Below are positions 1 through 9,171 of a DNA stretch of 48,000 bases, piece after piece. The position numbers were made by a program, and so were the translations under genes. How positions within the stretch are numbered: the stretch's first letter is position 1; each line of letters starts with the position of its first letter. The DNA is from Cyanobacteria bacterium J06648_16 (lineage in GTDB: Bacteria; Cyanobacteriota; Cyanobacteriia; Phormidesmidales; Phormidesmidaceae): NCBI GenBank assembly GCA_039817185.1, contig JBCBWI010000008.1, forward strand, positions 33,335 to 81,334. The letters are read 5' to 3'. The notes beneath the pieces were generated by a model. The model was given only the letters and a program-made list of their open reading frames with translations, was not told the origin of the DNA and did not search any database.

Positions 1-2
1 CC

Positions 3-197
3 GAGCCCGCTTCAAATCAAGAGACCGTCCGCCATATGCTGTTTGGCAGCCCCGACGCCGTCCGGCTTAGCATTCGAGACCTGCACCGCAGGCAGTACGC
101 TGAACCCAACGACTGGAGCAGGTTGCTACCCACCGGCAGACCTAACGAAGTCATGGCCATTTTGACCCGGCGGGTGAAGTTGTCAGCAACGCAATAG
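3..197 (+). CDS. C-terminal end of a hypothetical protein (5' end lies outside the window)
   Basis: Frame +3 is open from the window edge to TAG at 195-197. It reads ...VRHMLFGSPDAVRLSIRDLHRRQYAEPNDWSRLLPTGRPNEVMAILTRRVKLSATQ*, which has protein-like composition. The antisense track ORF 17..292 looks like noise. No family assigned. Confidence 0.4.
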   Translation, partial: EPASNQETVRHMLFGSPDAVRLSIRDLHRRQYAEPNDWSRLLPTGRPNEVMAILTRRVKLSATQ

Positions 198-385
198 CCA
201 TTGCCCCCGCTTCGTATCGCAAAAGTTGCGGCTTGTGTTACACAAACGGTACTTGATGCTGCATAAGCCGCACGTCGCTTGGCAAGATCCACCCACGCCC
301 GTCGCCAGATATCCCAAACTCATATGTGACTCAGGGCTGCCTAAACTGACTGCTGACCAGTCTAGACCCCATGAGCGCTATGGCG

Positions 386-415
386 CTAAACAGATTGAAC
401 CTAAACAGATTGAAC
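386..415. repeat. Perfect 15-bp tandem duplication (ctaaacagattgaac x2) covering the sulfotransferase stop codon
   Basis: Direct reading of 386-400 and 401-415. On the minus strand it encodes VQSV* twice. Confidence 0.9.
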
Positions 416-1384
416 AGGAACTCTCGTTTCACTGTAGCCGAGGCAAGCAAGCCTGTCTCCAGCAATCTCTTGACAGAGACTAATCTCTTCGGGGGACAGC
501 GACCGCTTCCAGTCTCCGACAGCGCCTTTACGAATGTACTGCCCGTCACCTTTGCGGCGAATCTTGCTGATATCTGTGGCACGAATGATGTGACTGATTT
601 GAGCATCATTCCAGCTTAAGTGTGCAAAATCAAATAGGCGCTTGAGATTGGCAACCGGCTCGGATTTGAGGCTTTCGTACCGAACGGCGTGAATTCGAGG
701 GGATAGCTCAGGCTGGGCGCGGTAGCGTTCACCCCAGTCAATGCAGCGACGCCACTGGCGAATCGCCCCCGCTGTGCCAATGTTGGCCCAGGACTGGGTA
801 GCGGCTAGGGCATTGTAAGAGGCGCAAACATCTCTGCCATCGCGAATGACCTCAACCACTTTGGCGTCTGGAAAACGCTGCAGAATCCGATCAACGTAGC
901 GAATGTGCAGGGGCGTTTTTTCAAGCAGCGTCAGACCAGGGCAGTTCTGCTGTTGAAAAAAGTGATCTAGCAGCAACTGAATCAGGTCCTCGGCCTGGGC
1001 TGAGGCGGGTTTAGAATTTTTCTGTGCTGCCGCGACCAACGCTCTGAAGTCAGCCGCATCGGCAAGACCGTGTAGCCCGTGACTGTGGGGGTGATTGAGG
1101 ATGTCATAGTCGCGCAGGATCCCTCGCCAGATATCAGCGGGGGTAAACCCCAACAGCAGCGGCTTAGGGCCGTAGCGTCGTAAAATTCCCCTCCAGCTGC
1201 GTCGCCGCTGAGCCAGGGGCTGATCGGGCAGGGTCAAAAAAGGTTCGTAGATGAGCCGGTATGCATGGGTCTCGACCGGAACAGCCACTACTTCTGGATG
1301 GCCTGCGAGCAGCGAGGTTACCCAGGAGGTGCCTGACCGGGGGCAGCCAACCACGAACAGCTTGGGGTAAGGGGCATTACTCAT
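401..1384 (-). CDS. Sulfotransferase family protein (PAPS-dependent)
   Basis: N-terminal 5'-PSB-like loop FVVGCPRSGTSW and a 3'-PB-like motif VIRDGRDVCASY. Its start overlaps the upstream GT gene by 8 nt. Confidence 0.8.
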   Translation of the reverse strand: MSNAPYPKLFVVGCPRSGTSWVTSLLAGHPEVVAVPVETHAYRLIYEPFLTLPDQPLAQRRRSWRGILRRYGPKPLLLGFTPADIWRGILRDYDILNHPHSHGLHGLADAADFRALVAAAQKNSKPASAQAEDLIQLLLDHFFQQQNCPGLTLLEKTPLHIRYVDRILQRFPDAKVVEVIRDGRDVCASYNALAATQSWANIGTAGAIRQWRRCIDWGERYRAQPELSPRIHAVRYESLKSEPVANLKRLFDFAHLSWNDAQISHIIRATDISKIRRKGDGQYIRKGAVGDWKRSLSPEEISLCQEIAGDRLACLGYSETRVPVQSV

Positions 1385-2531
1385 ACTGGCGCACTAGGGT
1401 ATGGGTAGGGGGCAAGGTAGAAACAGCAATCGTTTCTGGACTGAGCAGGGTCGCAAACGCTTGGGCACAGATCGCGAGGGTACGAGTTTGGTATTGTTGG
1501 TGGGCGTTGGTGGCGACAATTTGTAAGGACGTCAGCAGGTCGGGCGTATGGAGATGCAGGGCCGTCAGTTCAGCGGTAGAGAGGTAGTGCCGCCCCGAAA
1601 CCACGCCGTCCTGAGGGCGCAGCGATTGCTGATTGTTGATGGGCAGCAGTCCGTGGGCACAGTAGGCCGCATAGACCGTTGATTTTGCCAGATTGTTCGG
1701 GAATCGGCGGTAGTCAAACAGACCGGCAAAGCTTTCTTCCATCAGCTGGCTTACTTGTTCTGCAGGCAGAAACCCCGTTCTAATCAGCCTGATTTGGAGG
1801 TGAGATGCCACCTCCTCTAGCGTCTCGTCAAGCGGGCGACCGACATCGTAGAGCGTCTGAATGCCAAGCTGGCCGCAGAGGGTTTGCAGCGTTGACAGGT
1901 TATTGCGGTAGGCACGACTGCGATCGCTACTGCCAAACACCACCAGGGCGCGGGTGCGATCGCACAGTGGCTTCCCCCCCGCTGACTCCCCCACCGTCGA
2001 GAAATTGGGCAAGCAGCGGACCGATCCTGTCACCCAGGTCGACAGCGTTTGCTGAAAGGCCGTATTGTTGGTCACCACCGCATCGGCAACCTGGGCCAGG
2101 CGACGCGAAACCTGCCGCTGAATCGGGTTGGGGCAACGAATGCGGCGATAACGGAGCGTTGGCAGCTCGTGAAACATGACCACTACTCGCACCCCGCGCT
2201 GTTTGAACGCCGCGAGCCCAGCCACTAGCCAACCCGGCGCGTCCAGTTTGCCACGCAGATAGGGATAGTTACTGTACTGGAGCAAAACGGTATCGATCGC
2301 CTTGGGAACGCATGCCAGCAAACCGTCAATCGTGTGCTCAGTCAGCCGATGCACTGGAAACCCTGCTACCTGCTGAGTCGTTCGACGACTCGGTCTAAAA
2401 ACCAGAAATTCGGAGGCAATCTGGTGCTGTCGGGAAAGCTGTTGGGCCAGCTGTAGCGCATAGTCACCCACCCCATCCACATCAGGAGACAATCGAGGAA
2501 CAATTTGTAGAACTCTGCAGGGCTTCGTCAT
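1377..2531 (-). CDS. Glycosyltransferase-like protein (GT-B fold, GT4-like N-terminal half)
   Basis: The N-terminus RVLQIVPRLSPDVDGVGDYALQLAQQL resembles a GT4 N-domain, and there are MFHE and VADAVVTNN segments. I did not see a canonical EX7E motif, so the call is tentative. Confidence 0.5.
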   Translation of the reverse strand: MTKPCRVLQIVPRLSPDVDGVGDYALQLAQQLSRQHQIASEFLVFRPSRRTTQQVAGFPVHRLTEHTIDGLLACVPKAIDTVLLQYSNYPYLRGKLDAPGWLVAGLAAFKQRGVRVVVMFHELPTLRYRRIRCPNPIQRQVSRRLAQVADAVVTNNTAFQQTLSTWVTGSVRCLPNFSTVGESAGGKPLCDRTRALVVFGSSDRSRAYRNNLSTLQTLCGQLGIQTLYDVGRPLDETLEEVASHLQIRLIRTGFLPAEQVSQLMEESFAGLFDYRRFPNNLAKSTVYAAYCAHGLLPINNQQSLRPQDGVVSGRHYLSTAELTALHLHTPDLLTSLQIVATNAHQQYQTRTLAICAQAFATLLSPETIAVSTLPPTHTLVRQYE

Positions 2532-2580
2532 GATGGAGAATGCGGTTATTTTTAGAACCGATGAGAACCTAATTGAGCAG

Positions 2581-5076
2581 CTATGGTGAGGCTTGCCTAG
2601 CTAAATGCTGCTGAGCCAAATGCTGCTGAGCCAGATGCTGCCGCACCCGCTCGGCTAGCAGCGGTCCAGACCGCTGATTGAACAGATTGCCAAAGAATCC
2701 AGGGATATTGATAATCTCGATCGGGTCTTTGGCAACAACCTGCCAGCCCAGAGACGGCCCAAAGTACCAGTCCAACGTCTGTACCCGCGCGCGAAAGAGC
2801 GTCATGCGACCAGCGTAGAGTTGGGGATCGTAGCGATCAGCAGCGGTCTCGTTGGCTGCCTGGGCGCGGGCATAGCGATATTCGTAGGGAATGGCCCCGG
2901 TCGGGTCAGGTACCGTGTCAGAAGAGACAGATTCAGACTGCGCTGCAGCAGACTGCACAGTGACGGCCGCAGGCCGAATGCGCCGCCAGATTTTAGTCGG
3001 TAGCTGTGCCAGCCGCTCCCAGCCGCCATGGTAGTAGTAGTTTTTGCGCAGCCAAAAGTAGGCCTGCTGGAGCTGAAGCTGCCGCTGTACCAAAGGTTGG
3101 TTCGCTAAAGACGCGGGCCGATACGCATCAATCAGAACAATCTCCGCAATCTCTTCGCCCGCTGCCTGCAGCTGTTGGGCAATTTCAACGGCAACCGCAC
3201 CGCCAAAACAGTGTCCGCCTACCAGATAGGGACCTGCGGGCTGCACCATCCGCATTTCTTTGATGCAGTCTGTTGCCAGGGCTTCGACCGTGTGATGGAC
3301 GACGTCGCTACCGTCTAGATCGGGCCGCTGCAGGGCATAAAAGGGCTGTTCGGGGCCGAGCAGGTGAGCAAACCGCGCCCAGGTAAGCGCGTCAGCAGAT
3401 CCCCCGTGAAAGAACAGAGGTGGTTGGCTGCCGCTGGTTTGAATCGGGACGAGACTGGTCCACTGAAGCGATGTTTGCCGCTGGCTGAGCAGGGCTGCAA
3501 ACTGACGAACGTTCGGGGCTTGAAAGAGCGTCGCCAGGGGCAGCGCACAGTCAAGCTGCTGCTGCATTTGATTAAATAGCTGAACGGCCAGGAGCGAGTT
3601 ACCCCCCAGGTCAAAGAAACTGGCCTCAACGCTGAGGGGACGCACCTCTAGAACCGTCTCCCATATCTGAGCTAGCTTGAGCTCTAGTGGATTGGCCGGT
3701 GCGACAAAGGTCTCCTCCAGGGTTGCTCGACTGAGGTCACGGGCGTAGGCAGGATTATCTGGCGCAGTTGCGGCAAGCGTTATATCTAGAGTGGGTAGCC
3801 CGCTCCCGAGCGGTTGAGTAGGCGCCTCGACCAGCGATATCAGCAGAGACTGAAACTGTTGCAGCACTGATTTGAGCGTCGCTGAGTCAAACCCATTGCC
3901 TTCGATTTGTAGCGTGATCGCCGCACCTGGTTTAACTATCAGGGTTAGCCCGTAGGTGCTGACCACGCCCGACTGAATGTTGTTTACCTGCAAGCTGCCA
4001 TTTGCGTTTGCCTCGCGGATGGGGTAGTTCTCAATCACTAGCAGACTATCGAACAGCTGCCCTGAAATACTGCACCAGTCTTGAATCTGCGCCAGCGATG
4101 CGTAGGCGTATTGACTGGCAGTGGCCTGCTGGGCTTGTAACGTCTGCAGCCAGCTCAGCCCATTCTGTTCTAAAGCAACCTGCACTCGTACAGGTAGGAC
4201 GCTGATCAACAGGCCGACGATAGATTCAACCCCAGGTAGGTCTGCCTGCCGCCCCGAGACCGTAGTGCCAAAGAGAATATCGGTTTGACCCGTGAGCTGG
4301 TGCAGTAACAGTGACCAGACACCTTGCATCAGCGTGCTGAACGTGATTCGGTGCGATCGCAATAATGCCGTCACCTGCTCACCCAATGCGCTGTCTAATG
4401 TCAGAGAAGCTTTCGCCTGCGGTTTCTTTGTGTCCTGGCGTAGACTGCCGTCTAGCAGACGCCCTGCCTCGGTCCCCCCCGCCAGGGTCTGCTGCCAGAA
4501 CGCCTCCGCTGCGTCCTTATCCTGCTGCTTCAGCCATTGGATGTACGCTTGATACGGGGTAACCCGTTTGACCTCCAAAGCCTGCCCCTGCTGCAGCTGG
4601 GCGTAGGTGTCGAACACCTGATTGAGGACCAGCGCGCCAGACCAGCCGTCGAGCATCAGATGGTGGCAGGTCCAGACCAGTTCGTACTGGCTATCGGTCA
4701 GGCGAATGAGGGCTAGCCGCATGATGGGTGCTTGAGTGAGGGTGAGGGTGCGATCGCAATCGGCGCTCAAGAAATCTTCTAAAACCCGTTGGGGATGATC
4801 CCGACCGTCCACCTCAGCCCAGGGGAGCGTCACCTGCCGAGCAACCACCTGCAGCGGCTGCTTGACGCCCTCCCAGTGAACCGAAGTTCTGAGCGCAGGG
4901 TGCTGACCGACGACCCACTCCCAAGCCTGTCGCAGCTGTTGAACATTGACTAAGCCCTGCAGGGTGCAGCGCACATGCAAGAGACCTGCCTGAGCAGAGG
5001 TCTGCAGGCTATGCCAGAGAAACGCCTGCTGCAGCGGTGCTAGGGGATAGATCGCTTCGATATTCTGTTTGTCCAT
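2581..5076 (-). CDS. NRPS terminal module C-T-TE with no A domain
   Basis: C domain: IYPLAPLQQAFLWH and HHLMLDGWS. T domain: FFDLGGNSLLAVQL. TE domain: PPLFFHGGSA and YLVGGHCFGGAVAVE. No A-domain core motifs lie between C and T. The start overlaps the upstream stop (TAATG at 5074-5078). Confidence 0.9.
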   Translation of the reverse strand: MDKQNIEAIYPLAPLQQAFLWHSLQTSAQAGLLHVRCTLQGLVNVQQLRQAWEWVVGQHPALRTSVHWEGVKQPLQVVARQVTLPWAEVDGRDHPQRVLEDFLSADCDRTLTLTQAPIMRLALIRLTDSQYELVWTCHHLMLDGWSGALVLNQVFDTYAQLQQGQALEVKRVTPYQAYIQWLKQQDKDAAEAFWQQTLAGGTEAGRLLDGSLRQDTKKPQAKASLTLDSALGEQVTALLRSHRITFSTLMQGVWSLLLHQLTGQTDILFGTTVSGRQADLPGVESIVGLLISVLPVRVQVALEQNGLSWLQTLQAQQATASQYAYASLAQIQDWCSISGQLFDSLLVIENYPIREANANGSLQVNNIQSGVVSTYGLTLIVKPGAAITLQIEGNGFDSATLKSVLQQFQSLLISLVEAPTQPLGSGLPTLDITLAATAPDNPAYARDLSRATLEETFVAPANPLELKLAQIWETVLEVRPLSVEASFFDLGGNSLLAVQLFNQMQQQLDCALPLATLFQAPNVRQFAALLSQRQTSLQWTSLVPIQTSGSQPPLFFHGGSADALTWARFAHLLGPEQPFYALQRPDLDGSDVVHHTVEALATDCIKEMRMVQPAGPYLVGGHCFGGAVAVEIAQQLQAAGEEIAEIVLIDAYRPASLANQPLVQRQLQLQQAYFWLRKNYYYHGGWERLAQLPTKIWRRIRPAAVTVQSAAAQSESVSSDTVPDPTGAIPYEYRYARAQAANETAADRYDPQLYAGRMTLFRARVQTLDWYFGPSLGWQVVAKDPIEIINIPGFFGNLFNQRSGPLLAERVRQHLAQQHLAQQHLARQASP
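2584..3444 (-). other. Thioesterase domain with Cys at the nucleophile position (GHCFGG; TGT codon at 3208-3210)
   Basis: The minus strand at 3201-3230 translates to YLVGGHCFGG. The expected C-terminal GxH motif reads IPGFFGNLF, with no His. Confidence 0.75.
2603..2647. repeat. 15-bp tandem repeat (aaatgctgctgagcc x2 plus one degenerate copy) encoding HLAQQ x3 at the NRPS3 C-terminus
   Basis: Direct reading. The protein tail reads QHLAQQHLAQQHLARQASP*. Confidence 0.85.
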
Positions 5077-7028
5077 TACAGCACCTCCTGCATCAGCTGG
5101 CCGATAAAGCTGTCTAGCTCGGACTGGTCGAGGTCAGCATCGGGAAAGTCTGAGGGCGTAAAGCCGCCGCTGTTGTTCGTGCAGTCGGCGATCAGCGTCT
5201 TGAGATTGCGAATATAGCAATGGGCCAGATCGCCAATGGTCTCAGACCGATAGGCCCCCGTATCGTAGGCCCAGTTCACCTGGAGCTGACTGTCTGCCAC
5301 CCAAGCATTGATTTCGAGCGGGTAGCCCCTTGCATTCTGTGGATGTCGCAGGCAGCCCAGGTGAATATCTTCCCTAACGGATAGGTTACGAGTTGCCCCC
5401 TGCTGTCCCAGGTAGTTAAACAAAATCTCAGGAGACGACTGTGCCAGCTGAGCCCGAGTCGCTTCATCGCCGAGATAGCGCAGCAGGCCATAACCAATGC
5501 CTCGCTTGGGAATTTGGCGGAGCTGTTCTTTGACTGACTTGAGCGCTGCGGTCGAATTTATTTCTGAAAGCGTCAGTCTGACGGGATAGGTGGTCGTGAA
5601 CCAGCCAATCGTACGAGAGAGATCGCTTTGGGGAACAATGTGCTCTCTTCCATGCGCTTCGACTTCAACCCGGACGCTGCCTGTAGCCTCGCCCGCTGAC
5701 TGCAGCAGCGTTTGGACAAGGGCGGTCAGCAGGGCGTCGTTGATTTGGGTATTGTAGGCCGCAGGCACAGACTGGAGCAGCGCCTGGGTATCGGCACTGT
5801 CCAACGCTACGGTTAGGGTGCAGGTAGCAGCCTCGGTTGTGGACGCCGATTCGAAATCTCTGGATAAGGAGATCCCCGGCTCTTCAACCTGAGAACGCCA
5901 GAAGGCGATTTCTTCGGTCGGCAGATGATGCGGCAGGGCCTCCGCCCAGGTCTTGAAGGCGGTTGTCTTAGCGGGCAGGCCGTCAGCTGTGGTCAGCACA
6001 CGAGTCAAATCTTCTAATAGAATCTGCCAGGAGATTGCATCGATGACCCAGTGATGCAGGCCCAAGAGTAGCCAGTTCGGCTCGTGGGAGCCCCGCTGAA
6101 AATACGCGACCTGCATTAGACCAGCCGGGTCGGTACTGCGATAGAGCGGGTTGCCCTGTTGAGAGACTGCTTGGATTTGTTCGGCTTGACTCTGTCCTGC
6201 AATATCAAAAACCTCAAGGGCGGGCGGCTGGGCGCTGTCCTGGTTGTGCTGCTGCCAGCCGGTTTCGGTTGGATAAAAAGACAGCCTGAGGGCATCGTGG
6301 TGGGACCAGAGGGTTGCGATCGCACGCTCTATCGCTTCTAAATCGACCCCCTCGGGTAGCTCAATCAGTCTGGCCTGATGCCAGTGATAGGGGTCCGCCA
6401 TCCCCTGCTGCAGAAACCAGTGCTGAATCGGCGTCAGCGGGACCACACCGGTAACCTCGTCCTGGCTGATGACGGCTTCAGGTGACAGATTTGCCGCCGC
6501 TGCCAGTTCGGCAATAGTGGGTCGCTCAAACAGCTGGTTGGGTGCTAGCCTCAGACCTGCTTCCCTTGCCTGAGACACGATCTGAATGCTGAGAATCGAA
6601 TCGCCCCCAAGTTCGAAAAAGTTGTCGTGAATACCGACCGAATCGAGGCCCAGCACGCTACTCCAAATCTGAGCCAGGCTTGCTTCGGCAGGCGTGCGGG
6701 GTGTAGCTGATACGCTGGGAGGCGTTAGCTGAGGCGCAGGCAGCGCCTGGACATCGACTTTGCCGTTGGCATTACGGGGCATAGCCTCTAGCGGCACGAT
6801 AGCTGCTGGCACCATATAGTTGGGCAGTTTGGCAGCCAGTGCATGTCTCAAGTCGTTGGGCTGAGGCGCGTTTTCTTTTAGAACAACGTACGCCACCAGT
6901 TTTTGAGGCAGCTGGCTCGACGAGGGGGGCGCTACCCCAAGCTGACGCGCCAGGGCCTCTCGCTGGCGCGGCGAGAGCGACCTTACTCGTTGATATAGTG
7001 CCTGATTGGGGGCCATTGCAGAATTCAT
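5076..7028 (-). CDS. NRPS fragment: A-domain C-terminal piece (A9-A10), T and E domains
   Basis: The protein begins with an Arg-rich leader. It then reads KLVAYVV...LPNYMVPAAIVPLEAMPRNANGKVD (A9/A10) and FFELGGDSILSIQI (T). The E domain shows PLTPIQHWFLQ, HHWVIDAISW, EAHGRE and FNYLGQ. No A1-A8 motifs are present. Confidence 0.9.
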   Translation of the reverse strand: MNSAMAPNQALYQRVRSLSPRQREALARQLGVAPPSSSQLPQKLVAYVVLKENAPQPNDLRHALAAKLPNYMVPAAIVPLEAMPRNANGKVDVQALPAPQLTPPSVSATPRTPAEASLAQIWSSVLGLDSVGIHDNFFELGGDSILSIQIVSQAREAGLRLAPNQLFERPTIAELAAAANLSPEAVISQDEVTGVVPLTPIQHWFLQQGMADPYHWHQARLIELPEGVDLEAIERAIATLWSHHDALRLSFYPTETGWQQHNQDSAQPPALEVFDIAGQSQAEQIQAVSQQGNPLYRSTDPAGLMQVAYFQRGSHEPNWLLLGLHHWVIDAISWQILLEDLTRVLTTADGLPAKTTAFKTWAEALPHHLPTEEIAFWRSQVEEPGISLSRDFESASTTEAATCTLTVALDSADTQALLQSVPAAYNTQINDALLTALVQTLLQSAGEATGSVRVEVEAHGREHIVPQSDLSRTIGWFTTTYPVRLTLSEINSTAALKSVKEQLRQIPKRGIGYGLLRYLGDEATRAQLAQSSPEILFNYLGQQGATRNLSVREDIHLGCLRHPQNARGYPLEINAWVADSQLQVNWAYDTGAYRSETIGDLAHCYIRNLKTLIADCTNNSGGFTPSDFPDADLDQSELDSFIGQLMQEVL

Positions 7029-7057
7029 GGGTCAAGTACTCGGGGAAGCCACAGCTG

Positions 7058-8446
7058 TTACGGGATAGATTGTGCGTGTCTGGGAGGAGACCCGTTTTTC
7101 GCAGGGGACCGTTTCTGCTTTGCCAGCAGGGCTTCAACAATCTGAGCGGCTCGCTGTTCGTGGCGATAGCGACGGGTGCGATCGCACATCTGCTCAACGC
7201 AGTTTCGATAGGACGGCTCAGTCAGCAGGGTTCGAATAGAATCACGAATCTGACCAGCCGTGTCCTGCTCTCGATCACCAACAAGGCCCAGTCCGTGGTA
7301 GGCCACGCGAGCCGCGTTCCCGTTCTGGTCGGCATGACCCAGCGAATAAACCAGCATGGGCACGCCCGAGTCGATGCACTCGTTGATGGTGTTAATTCCG
7401 GCGTTAACAACAGCGCAGTCTGCCTGCTTTAGCACCTCAAGCTGAGGCACCCAGCCAAAGGCGTAGACAGTGGGGGGGAGCGTGCCCAGCTGTTCTCGAT
7501 CGAGCTGGTTGCCAAGCCCAACAACCAGGTCCCATTCTGGGCAGTCGGCGACAGCCGCTATCACTTTGCTCAACCACTGCCGATGCCCTTTTGCAAAAGT
7601 GCTACAGCTGCAGTAAATTAGCGTTCGCCCACGAGAACGTCGGTTTTCAAAGCGCTGTTCTAAAATCTTCCAGGTGTCAGGCGTAACGCGCGAATTTTGA
7701 CGGGCCTCGCTCACCATTGGGCCAGCGTAGTGCATCAGGGGATGGGGCTCATGGGGGAAATCGAGCTCTGAGGCGTTAAAGCAGAGGACGGGCAGCTGAC
7801 CTTGACCGAAAGGAATCAGCCACTGGGTAAAGCCAGACTGTTCTGAAAATGGGTAGCCAATCTGCCGGGCATAGCAGCCCCAAATCGATCTTCTGTCGAG
7901 CCCTACCCTCACCCATCGCTGTTGCTGGACTGCTTTCCAGGTCGTAAATCCGTTGCGTAGCCAGCTCAATTCAGCCCTTAACCAGCGGCCCCACCGATCT
8001 TTTGCGGGCATGATAGGGCTACTGATGGCGGGCAAACAGGGCCGTTTCCAAATGGACAGAAACTGGCAAAGCAGCACCATTGGGAGCCCGCTCATCACGC
8101 CTGCCATGATGTGGGGCGTCATTTCCATGTCAATTAGAACCAGATCGGGTTCGAGATTTTGAAGCGTTTGAGTAAAAGACTGAACCCCTAGCTCATCGAC
8201 GGCCCGCTGCTGGCGTGCCTGCAGCGTCAACAGCTTTTGCCATCGGCTCATCGGCGGATCGGCGGGTTGAACCAGCCATCGGTCGAGCTGCACGTAGTCG
8301 ATGCCCTGTGCGGTCACCGCTTGGCGAAAGTCGTGAGGGCTCGCATAGGTAACCCGGTGGCCCGCCTGCGTTAACTGCTGAACAAGTGCCAGACTGGCAT
8401 GGAAGATACCAGTCAGTCCCCCGGTAATACAGACAATATGTGCCAT
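7058..8446 (-). CDS. GT1-family (MGT/UDP-glycosyltransferase-like) glycosyltransferase
   Basis: The C-terminal nucleotide-sugar signature is GWVPQLEVLKQADCAVVNAGINTINECIDSGVPMLVYSLGHADQNGNAARV. The N-terminus is IVCITGGLTGIFHASLALVQQLTQAGHRV. The start lies 2 nt after the MT stop. Confidence 0.8.
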   Translation of the reverse strand: MAHIVCITGGLTGIFHASLALVQQLTQAGHRVTYASPHDFRQAVTAQGIDYVQLDRWLVQPADPPMSRWQKLLTLQARQQRAVDELGVQSFTQTLQNLEPDLVLIDMEMTPHIMAGVMSGLPMVLLCQFLSIWKRPCLPAISSPIMPAKDRWGRWLRAELSWLRNGFTTWKAVQQQRWVRVGLDRRSIWGCYARQIGYPFSEQSGFTQWLIPFGQGQLPVLCFNASELDFPHEPHPLMHYAGPMVSEARQNSRVTPDTWKILEQRFENRRSRGRTLIYCSCSTFAKGHRQWLSKVIAAVADCPEWDLVVGLGNQLDREQLGTLPPTVYAFGWVPQLEVLKQADCAVVNAGINTINECIDSGVPMLVYSLGHADQNGNAARVAYHGLGLVGDREQDTAGQIRDSIRTLLTEPSYRNCVEQMCDRTRRYRHEQRAAQIVEALLAKQKRSPAKNGSPPRHAQSIP

Positions 8447-8448
8447 GA

Positions 8449-9171
8449 CTAAGCTCCCCCCCGGTCAGACTTTCGAGCCAGGACGCAAAGATCCTCGACC
8501 GGCATGTTGTGGGTAAACGGAACGGAGGCGAGCGGATCGAGCAGGTCCAGCCGCCGGATGTGGCTGAACTCGTTGACTCTCTCAAGCTGATACTTCAAAC
8601 CCTCATAGTCGTAGCTCCACTTGTGGATCTGCCCAGGCTCGTCGACCGGGGCATAGCCGAACTGATGGGCGTGGAACGAGAAGAGAAAGCTGGCAGGCGC
8701 GTCCTTGGGAATTCGACGCTGGGCGTATTTCACGAAATAGTCCATGTGGCGATAGTTCGTGAAATATCCGTTGATGTGGGCTCGCAGGTCTGGAACCGTG
8801 ATTAACAGATAGCCGTTAGGTCTCAAGATGCTGGCACAAAATTTCAGCAGGTCCACGCCTTCTTCAAAGCTGAAGTGTTCGAAAACGTGCTGCATCCTAA
8901 TCAGGTCAAAGTCGCCTAACCGCTTCCGGTCAGACTCTCCTAACTGATAGATGTTGGCCTCGTAATATCGCTTGGCCAGCTCAGGAGACAGATCTTTGCT
9001 AGAGCCCAGATCGAGACAGATAAAGCCCGCTTCAAACCGTCGACTGCCCAGGTCTAACCAGCGAGTTTGGCCTGCATCAAGGAGCTGCTGTCTCAAGCGT
9101 CCACCCTGATAGAGCCCCAATTTCTTGAGCCCTCTAACGGCGGTGTGTTTTAACCAGGCTGTATTAGTCAT
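8449..9171 (-). CDS. Class I SAM-dependent methyltransferase
   Basis: Motifs WLDLGS (motif I-like), FDLIRMQHVFEHF and LRPNGYLLITVPD (Methyltransf_11/23-like). The glycine-rich loop is degenerate, so confidence is moderate. Confidence 0.6.
   Translation of the reverse strand: MTNTAWLKHTAVRGLKKLGLYQGGRLRQQLLDAGQTRWLDLGSRRFEAGFICLDLGSSKDLSPELAKRYYEANIYQLGESDRKRLGDFDLIRMQHVFEHFSFEEGVDLLKFCASILRPNGYLLITVPDLRAHINGYFTNYRHMDYFVKYAQRRIPKDAPASFLFSFHAHQFGYAPVDEPGQIHKWSYDYEGLKYQLERVNEFSHIRRLDLLDPLASVPFTHNMPVEDLCVLARKSDRGGA

Noticed and set aside
17-292. Minus-strand 91-aa ORF at the window start
   Set aside because: Its composition is low-complexity (Ala/Ser/Arg-rich). It is antisense to a better-looking plus-strand reading frame that runs open from the window edge to 197.
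1805-2232. Antisense and alternative-frame ORFs nested in the BGC genes (for example 1805..2179, 1927..2232, 10046..10471, 12909..13256, 14404..14721, 15689..15989)
   Set aside because: They lie fully inside long ORFs that have clear NRPS or GT motifs. They are Pro/Arg/Gly/Ala-rich, as expected for off-frame translation of GC-rich DNA.
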